DNA of 64,000 nt from Octopus sinensis (taxonomy: Eukaryota): positions 18,116,464-18,180,463 of the forward strand of contig NC_043011.1 of assembly GCF_006345805.1 (NCBI RefSeq), read 5' to 3'. This document shows positions 62,587 to 64,000 of the stretch, piece by piece (position 1 is the first letter of the stretch; every line of letters begins with the position of its first letter). Made by a program: the position numbers and the translations under genes. Below the pieces are notes generated by a model, which saw only the letters and a list, made by a program, of their open reading frames with translations, ran no database searches and was not told the DNA's origin.

Positions 62587-63370
62587 TAATACCAATAAAT
62601 ACCATTTTATAAATAATTATAAATATATGTTAAGTTAGTATTTTTATATATAAATAGGGAACTATTTCTAAATTTTCTGTCCCTCTGTTGTGTTAAAGTT
62701 TTGATATATACTGAAAGTATTCAAAAATATTCTTCTTAATATTCTTTAGATTAACCCTAAAATGTATCTGTGTATATACAAATAACATTATTTTATACTA
62801 GGTAAATGTACTGCTACTATATGAAAAGATTCTTCCTGTCCCATAAGCATTGGTCTACATAATAGCAGCTAACATCTAGTCTGAAGTATCTTCTTACTGA
62901 ACCAAATGGCTTTGCTTCAAAGAAATCTTGATTTATGACTATGCCACTTAAATTGTCTATCTACTTTGCCCTATCCCGCAATGATACTATACCCTGTCTT
63001 CTCTCAGGAAATAAGGAAAAAAGGAATCTGCACATGCAGAACGTAACTTAGAAGCAGCGCTACGGATGTACTAGCACACACGAGATTGAGACATGGCCGA
63101 CCTCACACACTTCTCATGAGGAATTCCGGAAGGAGTATCGAGAGACCACTGCCTAGACACTTCTACAAAATAAAAAAGAAAAACCGTTAGAAAACCGATT
63201 ATAGCAGTGACTCCCTCTAAGAGTATCTGAATAAAGAATATTATTCCGAAATATCATATCAGACTATGGATGACTAAATTACAGCAGGTATAAAATGCAT
63301 TGTCTATAACATTCACAACTTTTATTCTTTACACACAATACACAATGCTTCAAGCGAACTACAGTACACT

Positions 63371-63406
<36 letters not shown>

Positions 63407-63487
63407 GAGAGAGAGAGAGGTAGGTAGATACATAAATCGATACATATATAAATACATACATAGATGTATATGTATATGTATGTATTC

Positions 63488-63528
<41 letters not shown>

Positions 63529-64000
63529 CCTGTGCGTGTGTCTGTGCGCGCGTGTGCCAGCGTGTACGCACGTGTGTGTGTGTGTGTGTGTGTGTGCATT
63601 ACATGGAAGAACGAATATTTTACTTCCCTTATATTTACTTATCTAGAATCAGCTTCATCATAATCATACAATCACGTCTAGAAGTTTTGCGTTGATGTAT
63701 GTGAAATTCTGTGACAAAGTATATAATTGTTTCATGATAAGAATTGCAGTAGACTACTCTAGGAAATTATCTCGCTTTCTTTTTCCTGCATCAAGAAGAA
63801 ATGCCGGAAAAATCAATCATTTTAGAAGACCTATAAACAAAGGAAATGTTTATAAATAAATTATACAATCTTCTATGTTGATGATTAGACTGCATTACAT
63901 TACACTTTTAATTTATTCTGCGACTTCTGTTATTTAGATACTGATTGATAGATATACTTTTGTGGCACAGCCGCTAAATTCATGAAAATGAACTAAATTC

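Overview
This is 64 kb of very AT-rich, microsatellite-dense animal DNA. The SINE families look like those I recall from Octopus/cephalopod genomes (inference, no search run). I could not support any host protein-coding exon, rRNA, intact tRNA gene or CRISPR array, so the window is probably intergenic or deep intronic. Most listed ORFs are translations of (TA)n/(TG)n/(AAT)n repeats or transposon debris. Recognisable content: (i) a nest of R4/Dong-like restriction-endonuclease LINE fragments stacked in (TAA)n repeats at 1-5.5 kb; (ii) about seven remnants of Penelope-like elements (PLE; RT/thumb/GIY-YIG); (iii) RTE- and CR1-like LINE remnants; (iv) a nearly intact 1292-bp mariner, a mariner remnant, a Tc1 5' half and two MITEs; (v) over 25 tRNA-derived SINE copies from several families that share modules. 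The best lead is a set of hammerhead-ribozyme (HHR)-bearing short repeats. Two inverted copies of a ~435-bp unit (21.3 kb, 38.7 kb) each carry a complete type I HHR fold with a palindromic stem III. A second short family carries decayed minimal HHRs, and two long palindromes are centred on HHR-like cores. Nearly all of these units end in (TA)n tracts. This points to a non-autonomous, retrozyme/pLTR-like RNA-mobilised system tied to the PLEs. Coordinates of degenerate elements are approximate and identities are by-eye estimates.
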